A stretch of DNA of 64,000 nt from Lama glama (lineage: Eukaryota), in the NCBI GenBank assembly GCA_028534125.1, contig CM052816.1, positions 31,932,001-31,996,000 on the forward strand, in the 5' to 3' direction. The translations under genes were made by a program, and so were the position numbers. Shown piece after piece: positions 28,301-43,300 of the stretch; position 1 is the stretch's first letter; every line of letters starts with the position of its first letter. A model generated the notes under the pieces. The model saw only the letters and a list, made by a program, of their open reading frames with translations. It had not been told where the DNA came from and searched no databases.

Positions 28301-31300
28301 AAAAGATTCTGTGGCAAAATAGAAGGAAGAAAATGAGAAGAGAAGAAACTGAGGTCTATAGTTTGTAATTAATTTTACAAAGTCACATAGTTGGTTGGTG
28401 GTGGAAACGTCAGTCTTGATTACTTGCTCTAAAACTAACAGCCTTTCCTCTATTTTTTCCTAACTTAGCTTATCTTGCATTGCTTAGCTCATAGTTCTTA
28501 AATTTTTGAGATGACAAAATACCAAGCAAAAATAATGTATACACATAATACCTATAACTATTTTCTTCAAAAGATTTATAGAAAAGATTGAAATAATTTA
28601 AACTCAGAATGAAACATTAAAAGATGTTACATTTGTAAAAAAAACTATAGAAAGTTGTTCTGAAAAATGTGCTGTAGTCTAACATAAACTAAGAGAATTA
28701 TACTTTATAATTCAATAAAAATTATATTCTCATAAGATGTTCTTTTAAATTACACAATTTTCACTCAAAATAGCAGTGTGAAACCACTGAGGTCTTACCA
28801 ACTGACTGAAGACAGCATCACCACCATCATCCAATAAATCATATTCTTCAGTCACATGTGGAACAACCCTCTGTCTCTGAGATTCAGGCTTGAGAGTATT
28901 CTCTTGAACTGAGTACCATTCTGTAAGTGTGGTTTGTTGTTTTTCTTCTAAATTAATTACCAAAGAAAAGTAGACAAATTCTCTGCTTCTTGAAATACAT
29001 TTATTTGATTAAAAAAATTAAGTGACTCTGAAAATAGTTACTAAATTGGCTTTACTTTGAAGTTACTTTTTAGAAAATGTATTAATTAGGAACATCCAAT
29101 AAAATGTGTTATGCTGAACCAATAGGAGACATCAAACTGCTTTAAAAAAAAACCCTCACCTATTCATATACTACTAAGGAGTTTACCTCTAATTAAATAC
29201 GTTATTTACTGAAAAGTATTTTGGCCATATAACAAGTATTATTTAAATCAATGACTAACATTCGTACAGCATTTTGTAGAAAATCATTTATTGAACTTAC
29301 ACCACTGTGCTAGTTGTTTGAGATACAAAGTATATATAATTTTCATCTTCAGAAGACTCAACAACTAGGAGTTTTACAATTTACATATTAGTAATTGGGC
29401 ACTGCACTGTGAAACAGGCATTGCTAATTGCTTTTATCAAGTGAAGAATTCAAAGAAGTTATTTGAATCAAGTTTTACTGACTAAACAAAGGAATCAAAG
29501 TTTAAATAAGCCAAGTCTTCAATTCAAAAGCTGAGATATAGTATAAGTCATGATAAAAGATGTTTTAATAGGCAAATAATGCTAAATTCCAAGTACAGAT
29601 GCAATTCATAATAATATCAAGATTTGAAAACCTCGACAATTATATCAAAGGTGAGCCTGTTATTACTCATATGCTACTCCTTTCACACCCTCCCAACCAC
29701 TCCCCACTGCCACCCTACAAAATGCGCTGAGGACAACCAGCATATAATCTTCCGCCTCCTTAAAATAGTGGTTAATCTTTGGATACAAACACACTCAGTC
29801 TCCTCAACTCTGGCATCCACTTTCAATTCCTCTCTATAGATTATACTTCTGGACATAAACCACAATGCAAAAGGTACACTTGGGACAGTATTCTAATATA
29901 ACATTATACAATTATACAGAAAGAATACTTTTAAGTGTCCCTGTACCTGCATAGTATAAAGCTGTAGTCTCCAAGAAGTCATATCAACAGTAATTTTCTT
30001 TTATATTTGATAAAAAGCTTACCTCGCTGTTTTTCTTTTTTGTATTTTAACATTTCTTTGTTTGTATATCCAGTAGTTCTTAAAATATCTTCAAGAAACA
30101 TTTCTTTTACTTCAAATGGTCTTCCCTGAACTAAATAATAAAAATGGTTTTAATTAGTCAATTTGCATCTTACAGACAATTCACATAAAAACATGAGATT
30201 CCCAAGTTAATAAATTCCCAAGTAAATTCCCACACTAGGCACTAGGAATATAAATGGTAAGCAGAAACAGAGCTACCTCCTGTCCTCTTGAAGCTTGCAA
30301 TCTAGCAGGAGAATCAGACATTAACCCAATAATCCAGAACATAAATGTAAAAACAAAGTTGTTAAAAGTCCTATGAGAGAGAAGTATAAGATACCATGAG
30401 AGTATATAAGATGGGAATTTGAATGAGTCAAGAAAAGCATTCTCACTGAGAGAAATGAGAACCAAGAGAAGTGGGTAAACAAAATAACTAAGCTACATGG
30501 AAAGAAAAAGAGTGTGCTATGAAGTAAAAAACAGTACACACAGAGCCCCTAAGGTAGGAAAGAGCATGATGTTTCCAAGGAACTGAAAGGCCAAGCTAAT
30601 CGGAACATGATGTGCGATGGGGTGTGGAGAAGGGACTGTAGTTCAAGATGAGGCAGAATTAAAAAGTCTTATGAAGGGTTTAGGTCTTTATTCTGAGGTA
30701 AAGGTCAAAGTTTTAAGCTCTCAAGAGTGAATAACATCATCAAAACTCCACTTCATTACAGAACACTTTGGCTGATATGTGGAGAATGAGCTTAAAAGAC
30801 AGCAGAGTGGAAAGAACAGACCAGTTAAGAGCTATTACAATAGTTTAGGTTAAAGAAAACATTAACTTGAATGAGACTGGTGATAGTAAAAATAGTAGGA
30901 GACAGGAGATAGTCAGGAAGTAAAATCCACAGGACTGCGCATTAGATTGGATATGGAGGAATGATAAGGAAGTGTCTGCAACAGTCCTTGAAAATCTGGC
31001 TTACAAAACTGGATGGATGATGATGACATTCTATGAGGTAACAAGGAATGTGAAAAGATAAACAAGTTGGCTGGTGGAGATGGGGTTTGGTTTCAGACAA
31101 GACAAATGTTAAGTGAGCTTCAGTTAGAAGATTCATAAATTTTATGTGCTTTACCACCCAGGAATATTATGAGAAAAAAGACAGGTCTGTGAATTAGGTG
31201 ACTAGGTTAATAGTATGATTAACTGAAACAGGTGACACAAGAGAAGCAGATTTTGTAGAAAGCATTAAGTATTCACATGGGTCACATGTGAAATCAACTG

Positions 31301-34300
31301 CTTATAGCTAGCTACCTAAGTCTAAAGCTCTGGAGAACAGTTTTAATTGGCAATAAAAATTCAGAATTCATAAGTGTAAAAGGAAAGTAGAAGCCAAGAG
31401 CAAGAATGAGAGCTTCCAGGGAAACTAACTGTGCATCCCGAATACCTAGTAAAGAACAGCATAGAGCAGGGGAGAGAGGAAAAACAAAGAAACCAAGAAG
31501 GAAGGGAAGGGAAGGTGAAGGGAGGAGGAGAGGGAAGAGGACAGGAAGGGAGAAGAGAAAAAAATGAATCATGGAATAACCCTTAAAAACGCCAATATTT
31601 AAGCACCATGCAAAACAAGAGAAGCCCACAGAGGAGACCAAGAAAGTACAGGCTATAATACAGAATGAGACTTAGGAGGCAGGACTGGCAAATAAATTAT
31701 GGGATATAAGCATTTCACAAAAAAGGGGAACAACTATGAGAAATACTACAGAAAACTTAAGATTTTTATGTAAAATCTGAATAGTAGGCTGGGCAATTAA
31801 ATCAGTGTCAAAGCAATACTGGTAAGAATGAACAAATAAACAGCCTCATAAACTGCAGAAATATGAATCATTTCAGCCTTCTGAAAAAGTAAAACGGCAA
31901 AACCATTTTACTCTTAAAATTAAAAATACATTATTTTACTCAACAATTTCACTTTCAGGAATCTATCCTTAGAAATAAGAGCACCAATATATAAGAATAC
32001 ATGTACAAGGATGCTTACAACAACGTTTACAATAAAAGAAAGGGAGGATCTAGAACCAATTTGAATGTCCAAAAATAAAACGGTTAAATAAATCATGGTA
32101 CATTCATATTAGGAAATATAAAAGCAGCTGGTTAATATAATGAACTACACCTAGAACTACTAAACTGGAGGACTGTTCATGACATAATGTCATATGAATA
32201 AAGCAAACTGCAAAACAATGTATACAGCATGTGCCCATTTCTGTAAAACCATTTTCTATAAACATGATATATATGTATATATTTACATATATTATATGAA
32301 CATGAACAGGTAAGACAATATATATTAGGCTTTAACATCAAATAATCTCAGGGAAGTAGACATGAAAAGAAGACAGAAGTGATTGTGAACTTTTCCTCTA
32401 CATGTTTGTACTGTGTCACTAAAGTAAATACATATAACTTTTTCAGTTTTTCAAGAGAAAGTTAATAATTTTTTTAAAGACTGGTGGCAAAACCAGATTT
32501 GATAAAAGGATAATGCCAAAAATTAAGTGGTAACATATTCAGAAGTACATGGAAAATAAACATGAGAGTACACACTACTCTTTAAAAGAGTCTAAAGGCA
32601 AAGCTACAGGACAGAATTTAAAGGGGAATACAAGGTCAGAATAAAGCAAATTTCTTTTTACACTAGCGAATTGGCTTCTTACACAACACTAAAAGTTGTA
32701 GATGGAAAAGGAGATTAAAATACATAGAGATGACTGATTAAGCACTTCTCAAAGGAAACAGAAATGGATGCCCTACACATTAGAATATTCCCCAACTTCT
32801 ATAACAATAAATACAATCATGCCAGAAAGTATTCTTCCATAAGAATCCTAGAAATCTGATAATTTAACTTACTATGTATCACTGGACAGCTCCCAAAATA
32901 CCTTATAAAAAGATTTACATCCAAGGCAGCACTAGAAAGAATTAGTTTCAAAGTTGGGTGCTTTTGCAACAAATCTCTTAACTTTGTAAGTAAAAAATCA
33001 CTAAATCGATCCCTTTCATGTACTTCATCCTGCAGTAAACAAAAACAAAACCATGAAACAGTTAAAACGTAAGGACAACTAAGTCTTTAAAATTATGGAG
33101 CTGCTGGGTTTTACACTAATTCAAATTACATGTGGACAAGGCCAATTAGTGAAAATGTTGTATTATGGATAATTTAGAAATAATGAGATGTAACAACCTA
33201 CTGGGAATTATACAATACTGTCCTTTTCCCACAGAAAATAAAACCACAAAAACTACAACAAAATTCTCAATTAATGGAGTCTAATTCAATGTACTTTTAA
33301 TATATACAAAATCTATTTAAATATGCTTCTGTTAGCTTCAGGACCCAGTGCATCCTTTGGCTGAATGCACAGAACTAGTAAGTTTCCAAAAGTTGTTTAT
33401 CGCAAGCTTGTAAAACTTAATCTAATTCTTCTGACAAAAACTGGATAAAAGCTTAGAATTCTTTAGTAAGGTGGTAATTCATCTAATTATTTCATCAGCA
33501 GCAACTTAGCATCTTAACCATGAAGTTAAATGACTATAAAGAATACCCCTAAGATTTGGGAGGGGAATCAATTGACTAAGCACAGAAAGAAAAGAAAACT
33601 TTCACCATTCTGGAGAACTCTTAAAGTACATGTATCATTTTCATATATAAAAAGCACTTTTCAAAAAACTACCTACTTATTTTATTTTCACTCATAAAAC
33701 CTGGTGGTAGGAAAATATTTAATATAAAGTATTTATTTCTAATAATTATGGATAATAAAAAGTAACTTGATTATAATAACTTGTTAAAAAAATTAGTTTT
33801 CATTTATATCCTATCCTAGAAATGTAATTAGATGTTTAAATTTAAATATTCTTACCACAATAACGTGTGTCACAGTTGATAATGTACTATCTCCTGCCAT
33901 CAGAGTACGAAGCAGTACCCCATTAGTACAAAATGTCAGAAGCGTCTTTGGAGAAACTCTTTAAAAAAATCAAAATAAAGTGCACAATTACAAATCTTTT
34001 ATGTAATTAAAACATGATCATATTAAATGCTAGTCTCCTTTGTACTTAATAAGTGTAATAATACAACAGTGTACTGTTATATATGCTTTATTAGCAAAGT
34101 TATGTGAAATGTATTTTATGCCTGATAATCTCACAAATTTATTATTACTAACAATCTTGTATCAACTGATTATTTTGTTAAAGAACCTAGGTAGGTTTTT
34201 TTTTTAAAGGCCTTAAAAACTTTTTGCCTGAGGAAAAAAGTACATCACAAAAAAGATCAGCTTTTTGAATCACTATATCCAAATTACTGTGAGCAAAGAA

Positions 34301-37300
34301 ATGATACTAGTTGTCAAGAAGTTACTACCATTACTATTACTAACATTTATTAAGGGCTTACTGTAAACTTCACATCAAACCTGTGCTCTAGATGCTTTCA
34401 TTAGCCCCATTTTATAGATGAAGAAACTGAGACTCAAAGAGGTGAAATAACCTAAACTTTATCATGAAACTATGAAATAGGATTTCTATCTATGGCCCAA
34501 ACTTTTTTTCAAACTATTATTTATTCAAAACCTCACTACGTTTAGTCATGACCTCAATGGCCTGCCATAAACTTATTTGGAGCAAAATGACCATCTAACT
34601 TTTCAAGTAACACGTTCTCTATATTTAGTGAAATAGAAATATTTAGTCTTTTCTAAAAATGATAAAAGGCAAGAGAATTGTCTTTACCTGCTTTCTAAAC
34701 GGATCTGATACCCAATTGTTTGACCAATCCTTTCTCTTCTCTCTGCAGCAACTCTTTCGGCCACAGCAATAGCTGCTAATCGTCTTGGCTGAGTACAAAA
34801 TATACGGCAGGGGATACCATTTTTAAAGCAATCATCTAAGAGGAACTGAGGAATCTGGAACAAATTTTAAGTTACTATCAGATGACATGATTGTACATTC
34901 AGAAAATTCAAGTCAATCAACTGAAAAACCATTAGAACTAAAAAGTTCTGTAACATGCCCAAACATAAAATAATCATAAGACCAACAACTTCCGTGTAAC
35001 TACTAATAATCAGCTAAAAAGTATAATTTGAAAAGACTCTGCTTCCAACAGAAACTAAAACTAAAACAGTGAAAATAAAATTATGAAGAAATACTTGAAG
35101 TTTACATGAAGAAAGTTATAAAGTGCTACTGAAAAACATAAAAGACATGAATACACTAAAAAAATGACACACTCCCAGTTAGGAATAATCAATATTGCAA
35201 GAATGTCAATTTTCCTTAAATTATCCTATAAAGTCAATGAAACAATAACCAAAATTCCATTGGAATTTTTAAATAGTGAAAATTATAAACAAAACAAAAA
35301 TAGCCTAATACCAGGATTGCAGACACTTAACCATAATTAAATTCAAACATGTCGGAAAGATTTAAAATAATAAGTAAAAGTCTTCCCCACCCCTACCACT
35401 ACCAATAGTCCCCTCCATAAAAGTAACCTCTGTTAAGTTTTTTAGAAACTCTTTTGGGGAAAAAAAAGTTTATATGATTTAAAATATTTGTATATACAAA
35501 CAGGTTTTTATTCAAACAAAGTGATTATTGTCCTTAATGTTTGTCATCTGCAGATCTCATTTAACAACATATCAGATCTATCTAATCCATTTTAATACCT
35601 GCATAGTACATCTTATGGATGTGCTATAATTTAACAAATATGACTATATATTATGTAATTTCCAATTATTTTTAGGTATGTTATTATTGATGTTGTTGCT
35701 TGCTACTGTAAAGAATACTGCAGTGAACATCTATCTTCACATACTTTTGTAAAGATAAATATATGATGAGTCAAAGAGTATATAAATTTAATTTTTATGG
35801 AAAAATGATCAATCTGCCCTTCAAAACAATTTATACCCCTACCAACAGAACAGGAGATATTGTTTTCCCAAATGCAAATACTAGATATCATGAATTTTCA
35901 AATTTCTGCCAATCTAACAGCTGAAAAATATAATTATTGTTTTGATTTCATTTTTTAAACTATGAGTGAAAATAACATCTTTTCATGCATGTCTTAGCCC
36001 CCAGGATTTTTTTTTAAACTTGACCACTTCATTTGGAAGGATAAATGCAAACAAACTGCTAAGAAATATTTAAAATATTTAAAAAGAGAAGCTAATAAGG
36101 AGGCGTATCATGCCATATATTGTAAAACTACAAAATGCAAAAAGTGAGATCTTCATGCAGGAACAGATAATTAAAGACATATAACAAAAATTCCAGGAAT
36201 AGACCCAGGTACTACAGAAATTTAGTATTTGATCAAAAGTAATATCTTAACCTATGCACCCCAACGTTCCAAGCAGCACTATTTACAATAGCCAAGATAT
36301 GGAAGCAATCTAAGTGTCCATCAACAGATCAATGGATAAAGATGATACGGGGGGTGTGTGTGTGTGTGTGTGTAATATAATATATACAATGGAATACTAC
36401 TCAACCATAAAAAAGAATAAAATATTGCCATAATCAGCAACATGAATGAACCTAGGGAATATTATACTCTAACTAAACAAAGTAAGTCAAACAGAGAAAG
36501 ACAAATATTATATAATATCACTTACATATGGAAGCTAAAACATAACACAAATGTATCTATTTACGAAACAGAAACAAGCTCAGACATAGAAAACAAACTT
36601 ACGGTTATCAAAGGGGAAAGGGAGGCAAGAGAGGAATAAATTAGGAGTATGGGATTACAGATACATCCTATTATCTATAAAATAGATAAGGAACAAGGAT
36701 TTACTATACAACACAGGGAATAATATTCAATGTCTTATAACCTAAAATGAAAACTAATCTGAAAAAATATACATAGAAATGAATCACTTTGCTGTACAAC
36801 TGAAACTAACACAATATTGTAAATCAACTACACTTCAATTTTTTTTGAAAAGTAGTATCTTAAATCAGGGGAAAAGGATTATTAAATAAAAATTATATTG
36901 GAATACTAGATTTTAACATAAGGAAAAAAGTTAGATATACATGATATGATACAATAAAATAAACTCCAGACGGATTTTAAAAACTATATATATAAAAGTA
37001 TTAGAATAAAATATTTATAGGAAAGTGTTTTTTAATCTTGGGGTAGAAAATGTTTTTCTTAGCATGGCATGAAGCCCTAAAAAGAGACGGACACTCAAAT
37101 AATTTAGATAAAAACATATTTGTTATATTTGTCAAAATTTTCATAATGTCTACTCTATGTAATTAAAATGGCCACAAATAACACCTACTGACAAAAATTT
37201 CTAATACTAAAACAATTATAACAATCTAAGACATATGAACAGATTCTTTGGCATGACTCCATGGAATTCCACTTAACCATAAAAGGACTCATGCTGAAGA

Positions 37301-40300
37301 AAAATCTTATACATTGTTTTCAGATAAAAATTTCACCTTATTTGTGACTATTCAGTTTTATAGGCTCAAAGAGGTATAAAGGTATAAAGAGTTATACTTT
37401 TGTTAATAACTAGTAAACTTTACAGTCAACCTCTCCTATCACCTTGCCTTACTTACTAAGTTTATTAAAGTAGCCAATATAACCACAGGAGATCTTAAAC
37501 AACTGTCAAAAGCAAATTTATTTGTCCTTATAAGAAGGAAATGTAAAGTTAAAATGAGTATTCTATCTAAAACTCAATCAAAAGCAAAGTAAATTTACTA
37601 TTTCAACATGCTAACACATTAAAGAAGATAAACAAGAACAGGTCATATCATTGTGCCACACTTCCAACCTGTCACTACAGGAGTGACACTTCATAATACT
37701 GAAGTACTTTAATTCTAAACATCCAAGTCAAACATGTCATATTAATTCCACCCTATGTTAACTCTGAATTAACATTTCTTGTTGTTAGTAATATTACTTG
37801 TAATTTACTTGCTACATACAAAACACTATGCTAGGCACTTTATAGTCATTACGTCAAAACCTCACCTTGAACGGCAGCAATTTTTAGTTCCATTTTGTAA
37901 ATGAGGACTCTGGCTCCCAGAGTTACAAGACTAGGCTAAAACATCACATCCAATAAATGAAGGAGCTGAAATCTGAACTGAAGGCGAAAGTCCATCTTCC
38001 TTCATTAAACCAAATCAGTCTTACCTCTGTTTAAATAAAGCCCTTATGTACTAATTTAAAAGAAAATATTTTAAAATACTATCTTTCTATAAATTCTCAA
38101 AATGTACTTCTAGTAATAACTTATTTCAGAAAAAAATATTAAAATGACCAAAAGCTCCTTTTTTGTTTTCTGTTAAAATATATGTACTATAAATTTGATA
38201 TAAAACTATCACATGAGAAAATATTTTTTCTTCTATAAACAACAAAGAAACAAACCTGTGTAGTCTTTCCAGACCCAGTTTCTCCTACAATCAAAACTAC
38301 TTTATTTTCCTTAATTATTTTAACAATTTCTTCTTGTTTCTCAAACACTGGCAGAGACTGCCTGAAGGAATCAAATTCAGATTCTCCTCTTTTCACTGGA
38401 ATCTGAGGTATGCCATTGTTGAGTCGCCCACTTGTCTTGCTCATTTCCCGGTTTTCTTTGAAAATGAATAAAAGATCAAAAAAATTTATGATCAACAATA
38501 AAGAGTTTAAAACAAAAATAATTTCTAATGTAATTTGTCTCAAGTAGTCTTCTCTACTCAGTCTACATAAAGTTAGCAAGCAATGCCTCAACCGCTGTAC
38601 TCCTACACATTCTTAGAGAACATGTTATAAATTTCACTATCAATTAAAAGACAAATTTCTCAGAAGTATTTCTGGTACATAATGTTTAAAAATGAACGAA
38701 AATCAATCATTCAAAAATCATTTAAAATAAAATACAATTTTGATATCCTAAAATGATTTTCAGGCTTGTTTCTATCAATTATGACAAAGAAAATTATAAG
38801 TTTATAGTAAGAAACAATGTATATTATACTGTGAAGTCTGTTATAAACAATATGAAAACCATATGAAAAAGAAAAAACCCTCTATGTTTAAAGTTAGTTA
38901 TGTAAGATTATGTGATCAAACAGAAAAATACGTGTAAATGTAAGGTCCTAATGCTTAACAAATCTCCTAACTCTCCATTTTAGCCAACATCTATATTTAA
39001 CTAAGCAGATAGGAATAAAAAGAGTTACAATGTGTCTTATTTTCTCACATAACTCAAAATAGTTTTGTGTGCATTTATTTTTAAAACTCCTTGATATCTA
39101 GGACCATGCATTTTCTGCATTCTGCAAAGCTACTCCAAGAACAGATATAATGCAAATTATGTCATTGTAGGTAACAAAATAATTTTCTCACTATAAAAGT
39201 TGGTTTTCCAAACAGTACAACTTCATTTTATAACCTAAATTTATTATTAATCTACCTTTGTGCAAGTTAATGTACTGAAGACTCTGTCCTGTCTCTTACC
39301 AGAAACTAAACCCCAATTCAAAATCTCACTCATTATTGTGTCACGGCAGCATAATATAGGAAAGTTCAGACCTTGCAGTCAAATACCAACTCTGCAGTTT
39401 ACTGGCTGGTTGAGTGGCCGTTAATAAATTACTTGACTTCTCTAAGCCCCAGTTTCTTCACCTGTGAAATTGGGGAAAGTCTTTGCTTGCAAGGGTTGCT
39501 ATGTAGCCCTATTTGTCTAGCACACAGTAAGTGCTCAATAAATGGTTAGCTATTACTGTAACATTTAAACAAAAAATCTAACTTCATGACATGCCTAAAC
39601 AATGCATTTCATTTCAAAATTTTCACAGCTCTTAATCATTTCTAACAAACTATTCAAAATGAGAAATCTTATTTCACGTTAGTTTTTAAAAATAAACTTT
39701 AAGTAGAAAAAGAACAGTCATCAAATAATAGAATAAACAAGGAAGCTTCCCAGAAAATACATACCAGCTTCAACTGCAAACACATTTCCTCTTTCTGTTT
39801 TGGGCAGAAGTTCAGTACGCTCTTTATTGGTGACAGGAAATCTCTGAATTAGGCTCCTAACAGCATGTTTTGTATTATGAGTCAAATTACAGGTCATCAT
39901 TGCATGAGCTGTTTCTGATCCATCTTTCTTCTTCACAGTTAGGTATCTATTTGCACCCTTTCTGAATATTAATAAAAACCATTTATTTACTATACATAGT
40001 CAATTTGTTCACATATGATGTATACCTACTTAGAAAACATGTCTCAAGCAAAACACTGAAAAAGACCAAAAGCTTTGGGATAAGGTACTGAAAATCCCAA
40101 GATATTCAGTAAAAAGGGGGTTGGTGCTAAAGTGGCCACAAGACTAGTTTCAATTAAAATTTCAAAATGCTGCAAATCCAATTTTAAATGAGCAAAAAAG
40201 GCTTACTTACCCTTCAGTCTTAAAGTTTGTATTAGCAGGCTTCATGGTGGATGAAACATGACCAGTTAATACATACTGGGAACCATATAGAGGGAGAAAA

Positions 40301-43300
40301 TCAATATGAACAAAAGAATCTAAAAATTATAAAGGAAAAGTTATGGTTCACTGTTCAGACTATATTCCATTGAATGTTTCCCAGTATGCTGGTAATGCCA
40401 CATTCCCATGAAAACCTGTTAAGAAAGCCAAGTTTAGAAACCTGGAAGAAAATAACATCAGTAACAGACAAGTAATTTCAAATGTATACTAGGAAAAAAA
40501 AGAAGAAATTATCCAAAGCTTCTGACTCTAGCCTTCAATTATAAGGTAATGATGATTTGTAATTGTTCTCAAGTTACTTGATGTAGGTGTATTTGTTTCT
40601 CCAATTGGTCCAGGACTGACCATGTCTTTTACGCCCTTCATAGCTTCAAGAGTACTAAGTATAATACTATACACATAGGAAGTCCTCAAATATAATTTGA
40701 ATGATTTAATAATACATGTATATAATCTAGTACAATGTAGTACTGGTAAAGACAGGCTCTGAAAACACACAGATCTGGATTTAAATCCTGTCTCTACCAC
40801 TTACTAGCTGTGGGACCATAAGCAAATTATTTAATAGCTCTGACCCTAAGATAATAATAATATCTGCCTCAAAAGACTATTCATAATGTAAGTAAAGGGC
40901 AGTATCTGTTACAGAGTATGTACAAAATAAATGAAAGCTTTTATTATAATCACAGTCAGAATTGAAAAAAATATCAATTCTTACATTAAAACAAAAGTTA
41001 CCCAAAACATTTCATAAAATGCTTTACCATTTGTTAACTCCACTATCATATTCTAGAAATGAGCAACTTAGCCACAAATACAAAGAAAATTGTGTGTATA
41101 ATTTTCCTAATTCTCATTAGATTTAAATTTTTTCAACAATATCTTCACTATGAGAATGACATAAAACTGAAGATTAACCTATAGTTTTAGCTATCTTTTT
41201 TTTTTTTTGGAAGAGTTTTTTGGTTTTGGTTTTGTTTTTACTTAAAGTATAGTTGACTTAAAATGTTGTGTTAGTTTCTGGTGTACAGCATACCGATTCA
41301 GTTATGCATTTATACATATTCTTTTTCATGTCATTTTCATTAGAGGTATTTACAAAACAGAAACAGACTCAGATATAAAAAATAAACTTATGGTAACCAA
41401 AGGGGAAAGGGGCAGGGGAGCCAAGGGATAAAATAGAAGTTTGGGATTTGCAGATACTAACTACTATATATGAAATAGATAAACAACAAGGTCCTACTGT
41501 ATAGCCCAGGGAACTATATTCAATATCTTGCAATAACCTATCTAAGTTTTCTAAATGAAGCTTTCAATTTACTAAGATTTTTAATTTCTGAAAACTCTGT
41601 AATGAATTATAAGCTTTTTATGCTATCATCTACTCCTTAACGAGTGTTTAGTGATGCTTATATAATGGCATAAAGATGAAATAATTAAAATTTAACCTGA
41701 TTGAGAAATTTTGGTCATTTCCCATGGTAAATTAGAATTACTGAATTCTTGAGATGTTCTCTGTAATAGGTTCTTTTCCCATGGGCCTTTTTGAAACTTC
41801 AGTACACTCACGACAGACTTAATCATTCATTTCCCTTCCGTGCCATTTACTTCATAAAATTTTACCTATAGAAGGCCAGAATGTGCTGAAATGAGCACTA
41901 GAGCAAGAGTCAGCAGGCTTCTGTTCAGCTAGTAATAATCTTCCAACTAACTATATGATCAAAAATAATTTACTTCTCTGACACAGTATACTAGTTAATT
42001 TTTAAATCTCTAATATTTCTATTAGCTCCAAGATGCTTTAATTTTCTTAAAAATCATCTCAGTAAAGTTTTTCTATATTTCACCTTTAACTAATTTTATT
42101 TATTCAATCATCATATATTGAGCACCTACTGTATGCCAGGCACTATGCTAGAAGCAGGGATTACAAAGTTGAGGAAAATACAGCCTTTCCTCATTAAGCT
42201 CACAACTAAAATCACAGGTCAGATTGAAACTTTCCTAACATAGATTACCTAATAATAATACAGCATTAATGTGTAATAATAACTCATACTAAGCAAGCGT
42301 GAGTGTTTAGCCATTACCATTTTAAATTTACTAAATTCAGTTTATACACAGATGGCAGAGCAGAAAGACAACATCAATTTGGTAGCTTTTATGTTTTAGT
42401 AAAAAATTTTATTTGTGGCAATTAGTGCTCGTTCCTATCCCATTCAGCACCACAGTGACACTGATAAAAACTGGTATAATTAAAAATTAGTGAAATTTTA
42501 GTAAGATACTCACCTCATTGTTGTGAGAATGAATACACTAGAGTTGTCCTACTATGTAAACTACCACACTGAGATCCCTTCATTATCCTTTCATTCCAAG
42601 GTAACGGACACTATACATTGATGAAAACTTAACAATCCCCTTTACAAAGCATAATTAACTAGAAACTACCTACATGGAAAAGATGCTAGATAAATTAACT
42701 TCATAAGAATTTTTTAAAATAATGAGATGCAAGTCCCATATGGCATATTTAAGTATAAAAGTGAATGGACTAAACGTATAGATAAGATCATAACTTCTAA
42801 CTTTCAAAGGGTAAAAGTAATCAATACATGTTATAATGAAGTTTTGACATTTCAATAGCTTCTTTCTTTTAAAGAAAGATGATGATATAACTAATCAAAT
42901 TTAATGCAATTTTAATATTAATGTTTCAATTTACACGGCATGTTATTGAACAGTTTACCTCAAATACAACCTTGCTATTCCCCACTTTCCAAATCTGAGA
43001 ACAGTTTAAAAATCTGCTAAGAGCCAAAATCTGAAATGACTCCCTAAAAAGCTCATAACCACCAAGGGCAAATGTCTCTAAAAAGATAGTACACATTTGT
43101 TTGATGTCTAGTAAATACTTAATTTCATTTTTCCTTAATTTATACTTCCATTAGGCAGGTAGATGAAAAGACCTAACTCCAAACCACTATCTCCCCAATA
43201 CTGCAATACCGAATTGTAAATGTATTAAAGTTTGCATCATACAAATTTGTGCTTTTTTATGATTACCAGAAATTAATAAACCAACCAGTTAACTTCGTCA

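Noticed and set aside
38187..38591. ORF-track products running past exon boundaries (also 2710-2982, 6039-6359, 6631-6903, 16394-16609)
   Set aside because: Read-through into intron sequence; splice sites and phases define the true exons
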